64,000 nt of DNA. It comes from Halocafeteria seosinensis. Taxonomy: Eukaryota. The notes under the pieces are model-generated. The model did no database searches and was not told the DNA's origin. It was given only the letters and a program-made list of their open reading frames with translations. The stretch covers positions 124,001 to 188,000 of the forward strand of contig LVLI01000006.1 of the NCBI GenBank assembly GCA_001687465.1. The letters are read 5' to 3'. Positions 63,073 to 64,000 of this stretch are shown here, piece by piece. A program made the position numbers and the translations under genes. Position 1 is the stretch's first letter; each line of letters opens with the position of its first letter.

Positions 63073-64000
63073 TTATACCATGGCTAACTCCTTGTCACCT
63101 GAGATCTCTACGTTGTTTGGTTCGGACGGGGGAAATGTGGAAGATACTTTGGGGTTGTCTTCAGTTGGACTGTCCCAATTCTGTGCTTTAGAACGATCTG
63201 GCTTGAACTTCATTGGTCCGACGAAAGATAAGAGTACCGGTAAGAACACAAGTCCATGTAACAGACCAAACATTGCAAGTCCAAAAAACATCTTGAAGAG
63301 TATACGAAACCCAGCACTTTGAGTAAACGCCAGCATCAACACAGCCAACATCGTGGAAAGACCACCGTTCATCACGCTTACACCCATGTTCTCCAGAGCC
63401 TCCATCGACCGCTTGATACGAGTTGAAGCATTGGAGATAACGAAAGCCTCAGCAATGTGACCAGAATAGTCGACACTAAACCCGATTGCCATCACCAGCA
63501 CTACCAAGCTGCACGACGTCTCATTTTTTCGAAATGACCACTCTGAGATTACCTACATGGTATTGTGATCAAACCTTACCTTGTAACGTTTATACGCATT
63601 CCCCACAAGAACATCATTCCAAGTAGGTCAATGTCGGTTAAAATTACACAAACAGTAACGCATATCGCGTTTTGAATGGGATGAAAGAGCGACACAACAA
63701 CGAAAACACACAGGGCTGCAATGAACAGATTTGTAATAGCTAGTTCGTCTATGACGATAAACCTTTCATACCACAAGTGGTTTTGCTCGAATCCGAAGGA
63801 AAGAAAACCTCTACCCCCTTTTCCATTTCTGCAGTCCCACTTCTCAAGCGCAAGAGAATCTGCGGCAACTTCCAGGTCGAAACTAACTAGTCTCATATCA
63901 TCCATTTCCTTGAGTCGAGCGTCCATATCCTCGGGCTGTCCATGAGAGGCAACAAAACGATGTGAGACTATAAACATAGAATTTGGGTCAGAACCATAGA
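63073..64000 (-). CDS. Second Patched/NPC1-like paralogue, C-terminal part (runs off the window)
   Basis: VCVILTDIDLLGMMFLWG, AIGFSVDYSGHIAE, MGVSVMNGGLST, FGLLHGLVFLPVLLS; intron 63509-63579. Confidence 0.92.

Overview
Compact, intron-containing eukaryotic nuclear DNA, probably from a protist (stramenopile-like is an inference). It uses the standard code, short GT-AG introns (mostly about 60-90 nt) and very short intergenic spacers. About 25 protein genes were reconstructed by eye across introns: a MARCH6/Doa10-like C-terminus, HD hydrolase, URB1, TPR protein, two prolyl-4-hydroxylase paralogues (one apparently catalytically dead), cytochrome c1, SelO, a secreted JmjC protein, a PPR(-SMR)-like protein, two Rab GTPases, a large EF-hand/MABP/RanBP2-finger protein, an RS-cyclophilin, a PH protein, two Patched/NPC1-like paralogues, Nudix, alpha/beta hydrolase, CDIN1 and LRR proteins. 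One Rab is N-acylated without a prenylation tail; the other is invisible in the ORF track. There is also a decayed hAT transposon and an LRR pseudogene. No rRNA, tRNA or CRISPR was recognised. The most unexplained non-coding structures are a modular inverted repeat at 44.4-44.7 kb, an Sm-site-plus-hairpins element at 37.7-37.9 kb and a structured long first intron of cytochrome c1. All family calls come from motif recognition, not database searches. I cannot establish a new system with confidence.
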